NCBI GenBank assembly: GCA_031425655.1
Contig: JANPJS010000263.1
Location: forward strand, 1-23,666
Length of the DNA stretch: 23,666 nucleotides
Source of the DNA: Abditibacteriaceae bacterium
GTDB lineage: Bacteria; Armatimonadota; Abditibacteriia; Abditibacteriales; Abditibacteriaceae
Direction: 5' to 3'
In this document: one piece after another, positions 7,059 to 16,132 of the stretch
Position numbering within the stretch: position 1 is the first letter of the stretch
How the letters are laid out: each line of letters starts with the position of its first letter
The notes under the pieces: model-generated
What the model was told of the DNA's origin: nothing
What the model saw: only the letters and a program-made list of their open reading frames with translations
The model's database searches: none
Program-made: the position numbers and the translations under genes

Positions 7059-10000
7059 TCAATTCCCCTTCAGCGTCAACGGGAAATTCTGGCCTCTGGA
7101 AAACGGAACGGGCCATTGTTCGCGCCCACGATATTGCTTGGCCAGTTCGGGCACGCGCTCTTCGGTATACGCGAAAAGTTGGCTGACTTTGACGATGCTG
7201 TCGGTTCCCGCCGCTTTACCGCCCAAGCCTTCGAGCAACGCATAAGTGAGGATGCCGTGACCCAGCGATTTGACTTCGTTCGCGTATTGTTGGCCGGTTG
7301 AAGCCGTGAGGACGTGGATGCCTTGCGCTCTTGCTAACATCGCTAAAGCTTGTTGCTCATCGGAGCTGCCACGCGTTGCGCCCGCGACGGCTGCCCCACT
7401 TTTGCAGGCGTCGTAGATGAGAATAATCTTGCGCGCCGGGATTTTTGAAACTAATTCGTCAATGGTTTTGCCGCTGAGACCGAACTGGCGCACGCGCTCT
7501 TTCATTACCATCTGGCGCATTTCAGCCGGCAGAAAATAGAAGCTTTGCGCCGAGGCCGGATCGTCGTCTTTGGCGGCGCTGTCGGCAGCGGTTTCGCCAT
7601 GCCCGGCTAAATAAATCACGGCCACATCTTCGGGTTTGGCGTTTTGCGCGATTTGTTTCAGCGCGTTTTGAATCGCTTCGCCGGTTGCGGCTTCATCGAG
7701 CAAACTCGTGACATTGATGCGCGAAAACAAGCCTTTATTTGCCCTTTGCGCTTGGAAAAACTGCGCCAAAGCCTCGGCGTCGGGCCGCGCGTAACTCAGT
7801 TCCATCGTAGCGTCGCGGTATTGGTTAATGCCGACGCAAACGACGTGCAACGCCGGTTTTTGCGCGGCTGCTGCGAATTGCAATTTTACTTCGTCAGGCC
7901 GGCTTTCCAGATCGGTTTGCGAATACGCGACGGTGCGCAGCACGTTATCGCCCGGCGCCAGCGCGACGTTGAATTTCTGCGCGAAATTATTGTTTTGCGC
8001 CGCTTCCACGACAATGCCACGCAAATTAGGCGGGCCACCGACCAATCTGCCGTTGTGATAAAGGCGAATCGCTTTGACGCCGTTCGGCGCGCTCGCTTCG
8101 ACACTGACTTCGATTTGCTCGGTTTTGGCTGCGCCTGCGGTTGGCGAAGTGATTTTTACAACCGGCGGCGCGCCTTGCGATACGGCTTGCGCCAGCGATG
8201 TCATCGGCGCATTTTCATTCGGCGCCTGCGTGAGAAGTCGCATTAAACCGGGACGATAAAATCGCTCGGCGAACTGGTCGAGCGCGTAAATCTGTGTGCC
8301 GCGCGCGAACGAGACGTTTTTCAGGGCGCCGGGCGAGCCGTCAAATTGGCCATCGGGCGTGTAGGCCAGCCAATCATCTCCCGGCAAGCGCACGAAGCGA
8401 AATAATTCTTTGCCGTTGTCCAGTCGCCACACGCGCAACTGTTTATAACCGTCTTCGCTGATGCCCAGTCCGCGCGTCACATCCAGTCCGACATCGTGTT
8501 GCATCACGTCGAATTCTTTGAAACCTTCGCTGCCGGGAATCGGCAATTCTTTCAGCGTTTTGCCGTCAGCATCCAAAATCACGAGATGCGATCCTGCCAC
8601 ATAGATTTTCTGGCTATCCGGCGAAAACGCCAGACGCACGAACAAGCCTTTGCCCAAATATTGCGACTTGGGGGCGCCGGTGGCGGCTTCAAAAAGCCGA
8701 ATGACATTGAAACCCGCTGCCGCGATGGTTTTCCCATCAGGTGAAACCGCCACGCGCAGCGGCGAGCCGGGTGCCTCGGCTTTGGGGTTGAGCGTGGATT
8801 TGGTTTTCCACAGTTGTTTTCCGCTATCGGTGTCGTGAGCGCGCAAAAATTCGCCGTTGCAGGAATAAAGCGTGCGATTGTCTGGCCCGAAGGCGGCGCC
8901 GATGAAAGTCCCACGAAAAGTCGAGCCGATATTCGGCGCATCCATGCCTTGCAGCGGCGGCAAAGGCTTGAAATCGGGGGCGCCGAAAACCATCTGTTTT
9001 TCTCTGGAACTCGCCGCGACGCGCGAAGCATCATCGCTCCACACGGCAAAGCCGAGGCTGCCGAAATCCTGCGCCGTGCCTTTCCTGGTGCCAATCACGC
9101 GCGGCGCGCTGGGGTTTTTGGCGTCCCAGAACCACAGCGTATCTTTCCAATCGTTGCCGAGGATGCGTCGCCCGTCGGGGCTAATGGCAGCCGCGCTAAT
9201 TGGTTTTTCGTTGCCGCGAAAAAGCTGCGTGCCGCCGCCTGCCAGATCGCGCAGTTCAAACCGGCCATCGTCGGCGGCCAGCAGCATTTGACCGGTGCGC
9301 GTGCTGCCGACCACGCGCGTCCACGGCAACTCGCTCGAAATCGTGCGCGGCGTGCCATTTTGCCACAACGTGACGGCATCGCTGCCGCCACCAGAGGCAA
9401 TTTTCTGCGAAAGCGGCGAAAACGCGATGTCTTTAATGTCGCCGCTTTGCGGGTTTTTCCAAGTTGATGTGACTTTTCCGGTTTGCAGATCGCGCGTTAG
9501 CAAAGCGCCGCTTGCCGTGCCATAAAGCAGCGTTTTGCCGCCCTGCGAAAAGCGCGCGACTTGCAAGGTCGTGCCGGGAATTGGCGCTAAAATCTGCGGT
9601 GCCGCTGTGCCATTGACCGTGAAAATCAGCGTTTTGCCATCGTCGGAGAGCGCCAGAATTTTGGAATTGTCGTTGTTCCAATCGAGGCCGCTCACGCCGG
9701 ATTTCAGCGGCCAGGCCCATTCCTTGAGCACCTTGCCGGCGGGGTCGTAAACGCGCAGCGGCGTTTTGCTGCCGCCATCCACAAACGCCGCGAGCGATTT
9801 TCCATCGCGGGAAACTTGCAGCGATTGGACGTTATAGCCGTGTGTTCGCAGCGCGGCCTGCCAACTGACAAGAGCTTTTTCGCTTTGCGCGTCGTAAATG
9901 CGAATTTTGCCGTCGCTGTAAGTGCCGTCGCTACCCGTCACGGCCAAATTTCCATCGGCCAAAACGCAGATTTTCGAGCCGCCGAAGCGCATTTTCGTGA

Positions 10001-10376
10001 GCACGGGTGCCGCTGTGCTTTGCGGGTCAATGCAATAAATGCGGCCCACGAAATCGCCGGCCCACAGCACGCTGCCATCGCGTGAAAACGCCAGTTGCTT
10101 GATGGATTTCTCAAAATTCCAAGTCTGAACCGCGCGTCCACTGCTCACTTCCCACAGCTTCACGCTTTCATCGAAGGCGGCGCTGGCCACGAATTTTTCG
10201 TCGGGCGACCAGCGCAAACTGTCAATCCATTTGGTGTGCCCGACCGGCAAAACAAGGCGCACCGGGTCGCCGGTTGGCCGTGCATCTTCGATAACAATTT
10301 GTTTGGAGGCCGGTTCGGCAGCAAGAATCGGCAAAACCAGCAGAGCTGTCAGGCTGAGAAGTATTGGGTTTCGCAT
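7059..10376 (-). CDS. Secreted WD40-repeat + Ig-like + caspase (peptidase C14) protein A
   Basis: Signal peptide; WD40 repeats (GHTKWIDSLRWSPDEKFVASAAFDESVKLWE); dyad YLAGHG and YDACKSG; GHGILTYALLEGL; EQWP. Confidence 0.92.
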   Translation of the reverse strand: MRNPILLSLTALLVLPILAAEPASKQIVIEDARPTGDPVRLVLPVGHTKWIDSLRWSPDEKFVASAAFDESVKLWEVSSGRAVQTWNFEKSIKQLAFSRDGSVLWAGDFVGRIYCIDPQSTAAPVLTKMRFGGSKICVLADGNLAVTGSDGTYSDGKIRIYDAQSEKALVSWQAALRTHGYNVQSLQVSRDGKSLAAFVDGGSKTPLRVYDPAGKVLKEWAWPLKSGVSGLDWNNDNSKILALSDDGKTLIFTVNGTAAPQILAPIPGTTLQVARFSQGGKTLLYGTASGALLTRDLQTGKVTSTWKNPQSGDIKDIAFSPLSQKIASGGGSDAVTLWQNGTPRTISSELPWTRVVGSTRTGQMLLAADDGRFELRDLAGGGTQLFRGNEKPISAAAISPDGRRILGNDWKDTLWFWDAKNPSAPRVIGTRKGTAQDFGSLGFAVWSDDASRVAASSREKQMVFGAPDFKPLPPLQGMDAPNIGSTFRGTFIGAAFGPDNRTLYSCNGEFLRAHDTDSGKQLWKTKSTLNPKAEAPGSPLRVAVSPDGKTIAAAGFNVIRLFEAATGAPKSQYLGKGLFVRLAFSPDSQKIYVAGSHLVILDADGKTLKELPIPGSEGFKEFDVMQHDVGLDVTRGLGISEDGYKQLRVWRLDNGKELFRFVRLPGDDWLAYTPDGQFDGSPGALKNVSFARGTQIYALDQFAERFYRPGLMRLLTQAPNENAPMTSLAQAVSQGAPPVVKITSPTAGAAKTEQIEVSVEASAPNGVKAIRLYHNGRLVGGPPNLRGIVVEAAQNNNFAQKFNVALAPGDNVLRTVAYSQTDLESRPDEVKLQFAAAAQKPALHVVCVGINQYRDATMELSYARPDAEALAQFFQAQRANKGLFSRINVTSLLDEAATGEAIQNALKQIAQNAKPEDVAVIYLAGHGETAADSAAKDDDPASAQSFYFLPAEMRQMVMKERVRQFGLSGKTIDELVSKIPARKIILIYDACKSGAAVAGATRGSSDEQQALAMLARAQGIHVLTASTGQQYANEVKSLGHGILTYALLEGLGGKAAGTDSIVKVSQLFAYTEERVPELAKQYRGREQWPVPFSRGQNFPLTLKGN

Positions 10377-10382
10377 AATGCT

Positions 10383-13300
10383 CTATTTTCGGACAATCGG
10401 GAAATTCTGGCCTTTGCCGAAGGTGACAGGCCATTGCTCACGCCCGCGAAATTCTTTAGCTAAAGCCGGCACGCGATCATCGGTGTAAGCGAACAAACCG
10501 TTGACTTTCACCAGCGAATCGCTGCCTGCCGCTTTGCCGCCCAAACCTTCAAGCAGAGCATAAGTAAGAATGCCGTGACCAAGTGCCTTGACTTCGCCCG
10601 CATATTGCTGCGCAGTCGAAGCTGTCAGCACGAAAATGCCTTGCGCGCGGGCCAGTTGGGCTAAAGCCTGCTGCTCATCGCCAGCGCCGCGCGTAGCATT
10701 GTCAACTGCCGCGCCGCTTTTGCAAGCGTCATAAACCAAAACCACTTTGCGCGCCGGGATTTTCGAGATAAGCGCGTTGATTTCCGCGCCGGACAAGCCG
10801 AATTCGCGCACGCGCTTTTTCATAACCATCTGGCGCATTTCGTAAGGTAAAAAGTAAAAGTTTTGCGGTGCGTTCGGGTCGTCGTCGCCGGCTTCATCGG
10901 GCGCGGCGGTTTCGCCGTGTCCGGCCATGTAAAGGAAAACCACGTCTTCGGGCTTGGCTTGCGCGGCCACGTCTGCGAGTGCTTTTTTGATGGCTTCGCC
11001 GGTCGCGGCTTCGTCCATTAGCGCCGTGACGTTGCTGCTCGAAAACAGCGTGGTGTTTTTCGCATCTTTGAAAAATTGCACGAGCGATTCGGCGTCGGGA
11101 CGCGCGTAAGTCAGGTTCATGGTCGCATCGCGGTAAGCGTTGATTCCAATTGCGACAACGTGCAGAGCCGGTTTTTGCGTCGCGCTGGCGAAACTGATTC
11201 TGACTTCGTCCGACTTGCTTTCCAGATCGGTTTGCGAATAAGCGACGGCGCGCAAAGCGTTCTCGCCGGGCGCTAATAAAACACTGAATTTCTGCGTGAG
11301 CGCGCCGTTTATCGGAGCGGCAGGCACAGCAGCGGCCTCGACGACGATACCGCGCAACTGGCCCGGCCCGCCGACCAAGCGTCCGTTTTGATAAAGTCGA
11401 ATCGCTTTGATGCCGCCGTTGTTTTGCGCTGTCGCTTGCACCGTGACTTCGATTTGCGCGCCGGGCGCCGCGCCGGTTTGCGGACTTGTGATTTTCACGA
11501 CGGGTGGCGCGCCCTGGGCTAAAAGCGCACCGGCGCTGGCTTCGGGCGTTGCGGCTCCGGCGTTGTCGCCTTCAGCGCCCTGCATAATCTGGCGCACCAA
11601 TCCGGGACAATAAAAGCGTTCGGCGAACTGTTCCAGCGCGTAAGTTTTGCCGTTTTGCTCAAAGGTCACGCGCTCGATGCCGCCGGGCGAGCCGTCGAAC
11701 AGGCCGTCGGGCGTGAAGGCCATCCAATCGCCGTTTTCCATCGCCAAATAAGTGAGTAGGGTTTTACCGCTTTGCAATTCGCGCAGCGCGATGCTGCCGT
11801 TGTTTTGAACGATGAAACTGAGTTTTTTTGCTGCATCTGAGCCGGTTACTTCGCGTCCGCTTTGCACGTCCCAAACTTGCGTGATGCGTCCTTGCGGTGC
11901 TTGGTTGAAAACCCATTTGTTGTCGCCCGAAAATTCAAAAGCGTAGTTTCGCTTGCCCAGTTCGCGGACAAATATGCCGTTTTCCACATCATACAAACGC
12001 AGAACCGGGCGCGATCTTTCCTGCCCTTCGTAGATGAATGGCTCCGTCTCGGCGCTGCTCAACAGAAAGCGGCCATCGGCACTGAAAATGGTCTGGCCCA
12101 ATGTTGACAGGTAACCTTGTGCGTCGGGTTTGGCGAAGCTCCATTGCTTCACCGGGCGCCGTGCGGCGATGTCCCAGACACGCGCCATGCCACCGTCGTC
12201 GAGGCTGATGGCGCGCTGGCCGTCATTGCTCCACATCACGTTGACGATGTTTTTCCCAGCGCCTTCCATGTTGGCAATGGGCAGGGCGGCATCCAGATTC
12301 CACAAATGCAAAATCATGTCATCGCCGCCACCTAAAAACTGCCGCCCATCGGGACTAAAAGCCAGAGCATGAATGCCATGGGTAAAGCCCTTGTATTCGC
12401 GCACCGGCTGGTCGGAAGTTGTATCGAACAGCCAGAGGCGTGAGGCATGGTCAAGATCGCCCGCGCTGACTAAAACGCGGCGGCTGTCACGGCTCCACGC
12501 CACGGCGTTGGGCGTCCCCGGCACTTGCCAGCGGCGCAAGCGGCGACCTGTCGCAATGTCCGAGAGTTGCAGGATATTGGTGCCGTCGTCCGTAGGCGAA
12601 TAGGAATCGGTGCGCGCCAGCATCGAGCGTCCATCCGGGCTGATGAGCAGCTTTTTAATGAGAAGGGAATAGCCCCGAAACGCGCGCACGCTGCGGCGCG
12701 CAGCATTGGAAAGGTCGGCAATGCTCCACATTTGCGCGATTTTATCAAAGCCCGCCGAAACCAAAGAAGCGTTGTCATTGCTGAAAGAAAGGCCAAAAAC
12801 GCTATCTTTATGGCCGCGCCACGACGCGACAAGACGCTTTGTCGCCACTTCCCACACGCGCAAATCGCCCATATCCGAGCCGGTAGCGACCATCTTGCCG
12901 TCCGGCGAAAGCGCGCCCGCAGTGCAAATGAAGTCGGGCGCATCAAAGCGCGCGGTTTCGCGGGCCGCGTCCACATCCCAAATCAGCACGTTGTCTGGAA
13001 CACTCCCAACCAGAAATTTCCCGTCGCGGCGCAGTGCCAGTGGGTCGAATTCGATTTTGCGCGATGTGAGCAGCTTGCCCGTTTCGATATCGTAGCCAAT
13101 TATGCGGCCATCAACAGCGGCACCGATGGCGCGCTGGCCGTCGGCGCTCCAGGCCACAGCGCGCGTTGTAGATAGAGCGGTTGTGGATTTGGCCGGATCG
13201 GTTTCCATGACGCGCATTTGCTCGCCGCTTTCCAAGTTCCACAAACGCACTTTCCCGTCTTCGCAACCTGAAAGCGCCTGCCTACCATCGGCGCTAAAAG

Positions 13301-13703
13301 CGATGGATTTTATGCCGTAGGGATGCTTCATTTCGCGCAGCACTCGGCCCGATTCCACATCCCACAGATAAAGAATGCCGGCATCGTTGCAACCGACCAG
13401 AGCGCGTTTTCCATCGGGACTAAAAGCCGCTGACGAAGCGTAGCTTTTCAGCGGCAGCACCCGCACTTCGCGGCCCGACGCCACATCCCAAAGCCGCGCC
13501 GCGTAATCGCCGCCGGCTGTCAGCATCAAATCGCCGCGCGGCGACAGCACCGCCGCAAACAAACCGCCGGTGTGGCCAAGCGGCGGCACCATGCGCAGCG
13601 CGCCTTCGCTGTCCGCCGCGCTGCCGGCCTCGACTACGATTTGTTTGCTGGGCTGCGCGAAAACCGGCAATGCAAGCGCGAGGAGGAGAAATAGAAGACG
13701 CAT
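10383..13703 (-). CDS. Secreted WD40-repeat + Ig-like + caspase (peptidase C14) protein B
   Basis: Signal peptide ending VFA-Q; canonical GH...WD repeats; dyad YMAGHG and YDACKSG; C-terminal ~400 aa closely parallels protein A. Confidence 0.92.
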   Translation of the reverse strand: MRLLFLLLALALPVFAQPSKQIVVEAGSAADSEGALRMVPPLGHTGGLFAAVLSPRGDLMLTAGGDYAARLWDVASGREVRVLPLKSYASSAAFSPDGKRALVGCNDAGILYLWDVESGRVLREMKHPYGIKSIAFSADGRQALSGCEDGKVRLWNLESGEQMRVMETDPAKSTTALSTTRAVAWSADGQRAIGAAVDGRIIGYDIETGKLLTSRKIEFDPLALRRDGKFLVGSVPDNVLIWDVDAARETARFDAPDFICTAGALSPDGKMVATGSDMGDLRVWEVATKRLVASWRGHKDSVFGLSFSNDNASLVSAGFDKIAQMWSIADLSNAARRSVRAFRGYSLLIKKLLISPDGRSMLARTDSYSPTDDGTNILQLSDIATGRRLRRWQVPGTPNAVAWSRDSRRVLVSAGDLDHASRLWLFDTTSDQPVREYKGFTHGIHALAFSPDGRQFLGGGDDMILHLWNLDAALPIANMEGAGKNIVNVMWSNDGQRAISLDDGGMARVWDIAARRPVKQWSFAKPDAQGYLSTLGQTIFSADGRFLLSSAETEPFIYEGQERSRPVLRLYDVENGIFVRELGKRNYAFEFSGDNKWVFNQAPQGRITQVWDVQSGREVTGSDAAKKLSFIVQNNGSIALRELQSGKTLLTYLAMENGDWMAFTPDGLFDGSPGGIERVTFEQNGKTYALEQFAERFYCPGLVRQIMQGAEGDNAGAATPEASAGALLAQGAPPVVKITSPQTGAAPGAQIEVTVQATAQNNGGIKAIRLYQNGRLVGGPGQLRGIVVEAAAVPAAPINGALTQKFSVLLAPGENALRAVAYSQTDLESKSDEVRISFASATQKPALHVVAIGINAYRDATMNLTYARPDAESLVQFFKDAKNTTLFSSSNVTALMDEAATGEAIKKALADVAAQAKPEDVVFLYMAGHGETAAPDEAGDDDPNAPQNFYFLPYEMRQMVMKKRVREFGLSGAEINALISKIPARKVVLVYDACKSGAAVDNATRGAGDEQQALAQLARAQGIFVLTASTAQQYAGEVKALGHGILTYALLEGLGGKAAGSDSLVKVNGLFAYTDDRVPALAKEFRGREQWPVTFGKGQNFPIVRK

Positions 13704-13715
13704 AATGGGAGGGCT

Positions 13716-13871
13716 TTTAACACCATCCCCGGCCCTTCCCCTTGAAACGGCTAAGGGGAAGGGGGTTGTGGCCCATCTGTTCCGAAAAAATTAATAGTTT
13801 TTCGGGACAAAAGTGGCGGTTCTCCCTTCCCCTTAGCCGTTTCAAGGGGAAGGGCCGGGGATGGGGTTAAA
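13716..13871. repeat. Inverted doublet of BoxC-like palindromes (REPIN/MITE-like)
   Basis: Perfect 41-bp inverted repeat 13723-13763 / 13824-13864, extendable with one mismatch. Each arm holds an 11-bp hairpin CCCTTCCCCTT..AAGGGGAAGGG. TTAA on both flanks. Confidence 0.9.
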
Positions 13872-16004
13872 TCAATCTTTAACCGTCAAAAGCACGATGT
13901 CGGTGGCCCAGCCTTCGGTGGTAATCGGCTGATTGCGCGCATCGGGCGGCAACACTTCGATGCCGCGTGCGCCGTTGTTGAGTTCGCGCTTCAACTGTGC
14001 GAGCAGCGCGGTGGCGATGTCGGAGCCGTTGCCCTGCAACGTGGCGATTTCGCCGCCTGCCGCTTCCAAGACTTCGAGCCGCAGCGGCGCTTCGGTGACG
14101 ATAGCCTTAATGGCTTCGCCACCGGCAGGGCCGGCTACACGCAAACGATATAAATTCGGCGCCGGCAAGCTGGTAGTTTCGCCGGCGCGCAGCTTGTTAT
14201 TCGCCGCGTATTTGTTGGGAAAAAGCACCGTCACTTTGCCCGCCGGGTCAACGTCCACCAGATACAAGTAACAGTCGCGCTCGGCGCGGGCCGTGAACGA
14301 AACCGTATCGTTGATCTTGATGGTATCGAAATCTTTGCCGTTGACCTGCAAATCAACGTGCATGGCGGCTTTGGGATTTTCCATCGCCACCAATTGATTG
14401 ACCGTATAAAGATTCTCTAAAACGCGCCCGATTTTCGGAAACACGTCGTCCACATCGGCGCCCGTAATCGCCGGAAGCTGCTGTTGGTTACGATATACGT
14501 TGAGGCGAAGGCCGTCGCCTGCTCCGCCGCGCTGCGAAAACTCCAGTTCAGCCTCGTGTGGCGCCTTCGCGTCAACAACCTGCACGAAATCGAGAGCGCC
14601 GATTTTCTGCGAGAGCGCGGCTTTGCTGTTGCCGGGAGCCTCGCCAAGCAATGCCACGCGCAGCTTTTTCGAGGCGACGAAGTGAAAGGTTTCGCGCAAT
14701 TTGTCGCCGGCGGCAAAAGTGCCTTTGACGATGCGCGCTGTGCCGCTGGTGCCGTTAGCCGTGAGAACGCGCAAAGCCGAGCCGCCAGCGTTTTCAAAAA
14801 TGCTGCCCGGCGAAAGCTCCAAACCGGCGCTAACTTGAATCTGCGCGGTATCGCCCGCGATGGACAGCACGCTGGCGTTGGCACCGGCGATTTGCGCTGC
14901 GACTGGTTGCGTAACCGGCGGCGCAACGACAACGGGCGGCGTAACCGACGTTGGTGGTTTGACTGCGGTCGGTGGCGTCGTTGCGGGCGCTGTGGTTGGC
15001 GGTGTGGGTGAAGCCAACAAAGCATTCAGGGAAGCGGCTAACGCGGCGACTGTGCTGCCATCGAGCGTGGTGCGTTTGAGCGCGGCGCCTTCGAGTTGCG
15101 GCACTTGCTCGAACTTTTGTTTTTGCAGCCACAGGCTCAGGTCTTTATGAATGTCGGCGTAGCTGGCATCCGGCTTTTCAAGGGCCGTGGCTAAGAAGGC
15201 AAACGTCAGCGCGCCCATAAAAGGATTGATGACCTGGTCGCCGCAATACTTGCCTTTGGTTTTGATTTGGTCGAGATAAGCCTTGATTTTGGCTTCTTCG
15301 TCGGGCAGCAAAAACGGATAATCCGACGACGTTTGATCGGAGCGGCAACCGGTGAGCAGAACCGGAACGGCGCCGTCGGGCGCCAAGTCGTCGGCGCGGG
15401 CGTTGGCGGCGCCGATGGGGAATTTGAAATCGCGCGGATTGATGCCCAAATCTTCAGCGTCAATGGCGCGCGGGATGCCGCCGCCGCGCAAACCTGTGCC
15501 GCTGTGACATGAATCGAGCATGATAAAGGCGTTTTTGGTTTTGAGACGGCCTACCCAATCGCCCAAGTTGTCGTCGGTGATATACGATTCGATGGTGCCG
15601 CCGGCATCGTAAGGCACAAGGGCTTCGTCTTTGCCGTCGGCTTCGTCGCCGTTGCGGTCGGGCAGCGAAGTGCCGTGCCCGGAATAATAAAACATCACGA
15701 AATCGCCCGGCCCGGCCTTGTTAATCAGATGGTCGCGGAACGCCTGCTCAATGCCGGCGCGCGACGATTGCGCTTTTTCCAGCGAGCGCACGTTTTCCGG
15801 CTTGAAGCCGTAAATGTCTGTCAGCACGGTGCGCATTTCTTTGAGATCGTTGACCGGGCCGCTCAGCCATTTATCGCGCGGCGATTTTTGCATCTCGCTC
15901 ACGCCGACCAAAAGCGCGTATTTTTCGGCGTGCGCCGGCTGCGCCACGCCGCTCAAAACCATCGTGCCGCCTATGAGCGCGACCTTCGTAATCAAAGTTT
16001 TCAT
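13872..16004 (-). CDS. Secreted caspase (peptidase C14) + Pro/Thr linker + DUF4384 protein C
   Basis: Signal peptide ending AHA-E; KYALLVGV, LSGPVND, FYYSGHG, DGKDEALVPYD, LDSCHSG; C-terminal DCYLYLVDVDPAGKVTVLFPN..GPAGGEAIKAI typical of DUF4384; GGAG RBS. Confidence 0.9.
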   Translation of the reverse strand: MKTLITKVALIGGTMVLSGVAQPAHAEKYALLVGVSEMQKSPRDKWLSGPVNDLKEMRTVLTDIYGFKPENVRSLEKAQSSRAGIEQAFRDHLINKAGPGDFVMFYYSGHGTSLPDRNGDEADGKDEALVPYDAGGTIESYITDDNLGDWVGRLKTKNAFIMLDSCHSGTGLRGGGIPRAIDAEDLGINPRDFKFPIGAANARADDLAPDGAVPVLLTGCRSDQTSSDYPFLLPDEEAKIKAYLDQIKTKGKYCGDQVINPFMGALTFAFLATALEKPDASYADIHKDLSLWLQKQKFEQVPQLEGAALKRTTLDGSTVAALAASLNALLASPTPPTTAPATTPPTAVKPPTSVTPPVVVAPPVTQPVAAQIAGANASVLSIAGDTAQIQVSAGLELSPGSIFENAGGSALRVLTANGTSGTARIVKGTFAAGDKLRETFHFVASKKLRVALLGEAPGNSKAALSQKIGALDFVQVVDAKAPHEAELEFSQRGGAGDGLRLNVYRNQQQLPAITGADVDDVFPKIGRVLENLYTVNQLVAMENPKAAMHVDLQVNGKDFDTIKINDTVSFTARAERDCYLYLVDVDPAGKVTVLFPNKYAANNKLRAGETTSLPAPNLYRLRVAGPAGGEAIKAIVTEAPLRLEVLEAAGGEIATLQGNGSDIATALLAQLKRELNNGARGIEVLPPDARNQPITTEGWATDIVLLTVKD

Positions 16005-16063
16005 ATACCGTTCTCCATTCCAATTACGGCCCGTTTACCAAAGAAAATGCCCATTATTTGCAC

Positions 16064-16101
16064 AAAACGCGGCTCACTCCGATAGGGAGGGAGCCGCGTT
16101 T
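16064..16101 (-). terminator. Intrinsic terminator after the oxidoreductase gene
   Basis: AAAACGCGGCTC ... GAGCCGCGTTTT with inner CTCC/GGAG pairing; separates the caspase genes from upstream genes. Confidence 0.75.
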
Positions 16102-16132
16102 TATTGCGTTGCCGGATTGAACGGGCGCGCTA

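Noticed and set aside
7059..16004. Classical anti-phage caspase-gasdermin or NLR-like system
   Set aside because: No gasdermin, STAND NTPase or TIR partner recognised, and all three proteins have signal peptides
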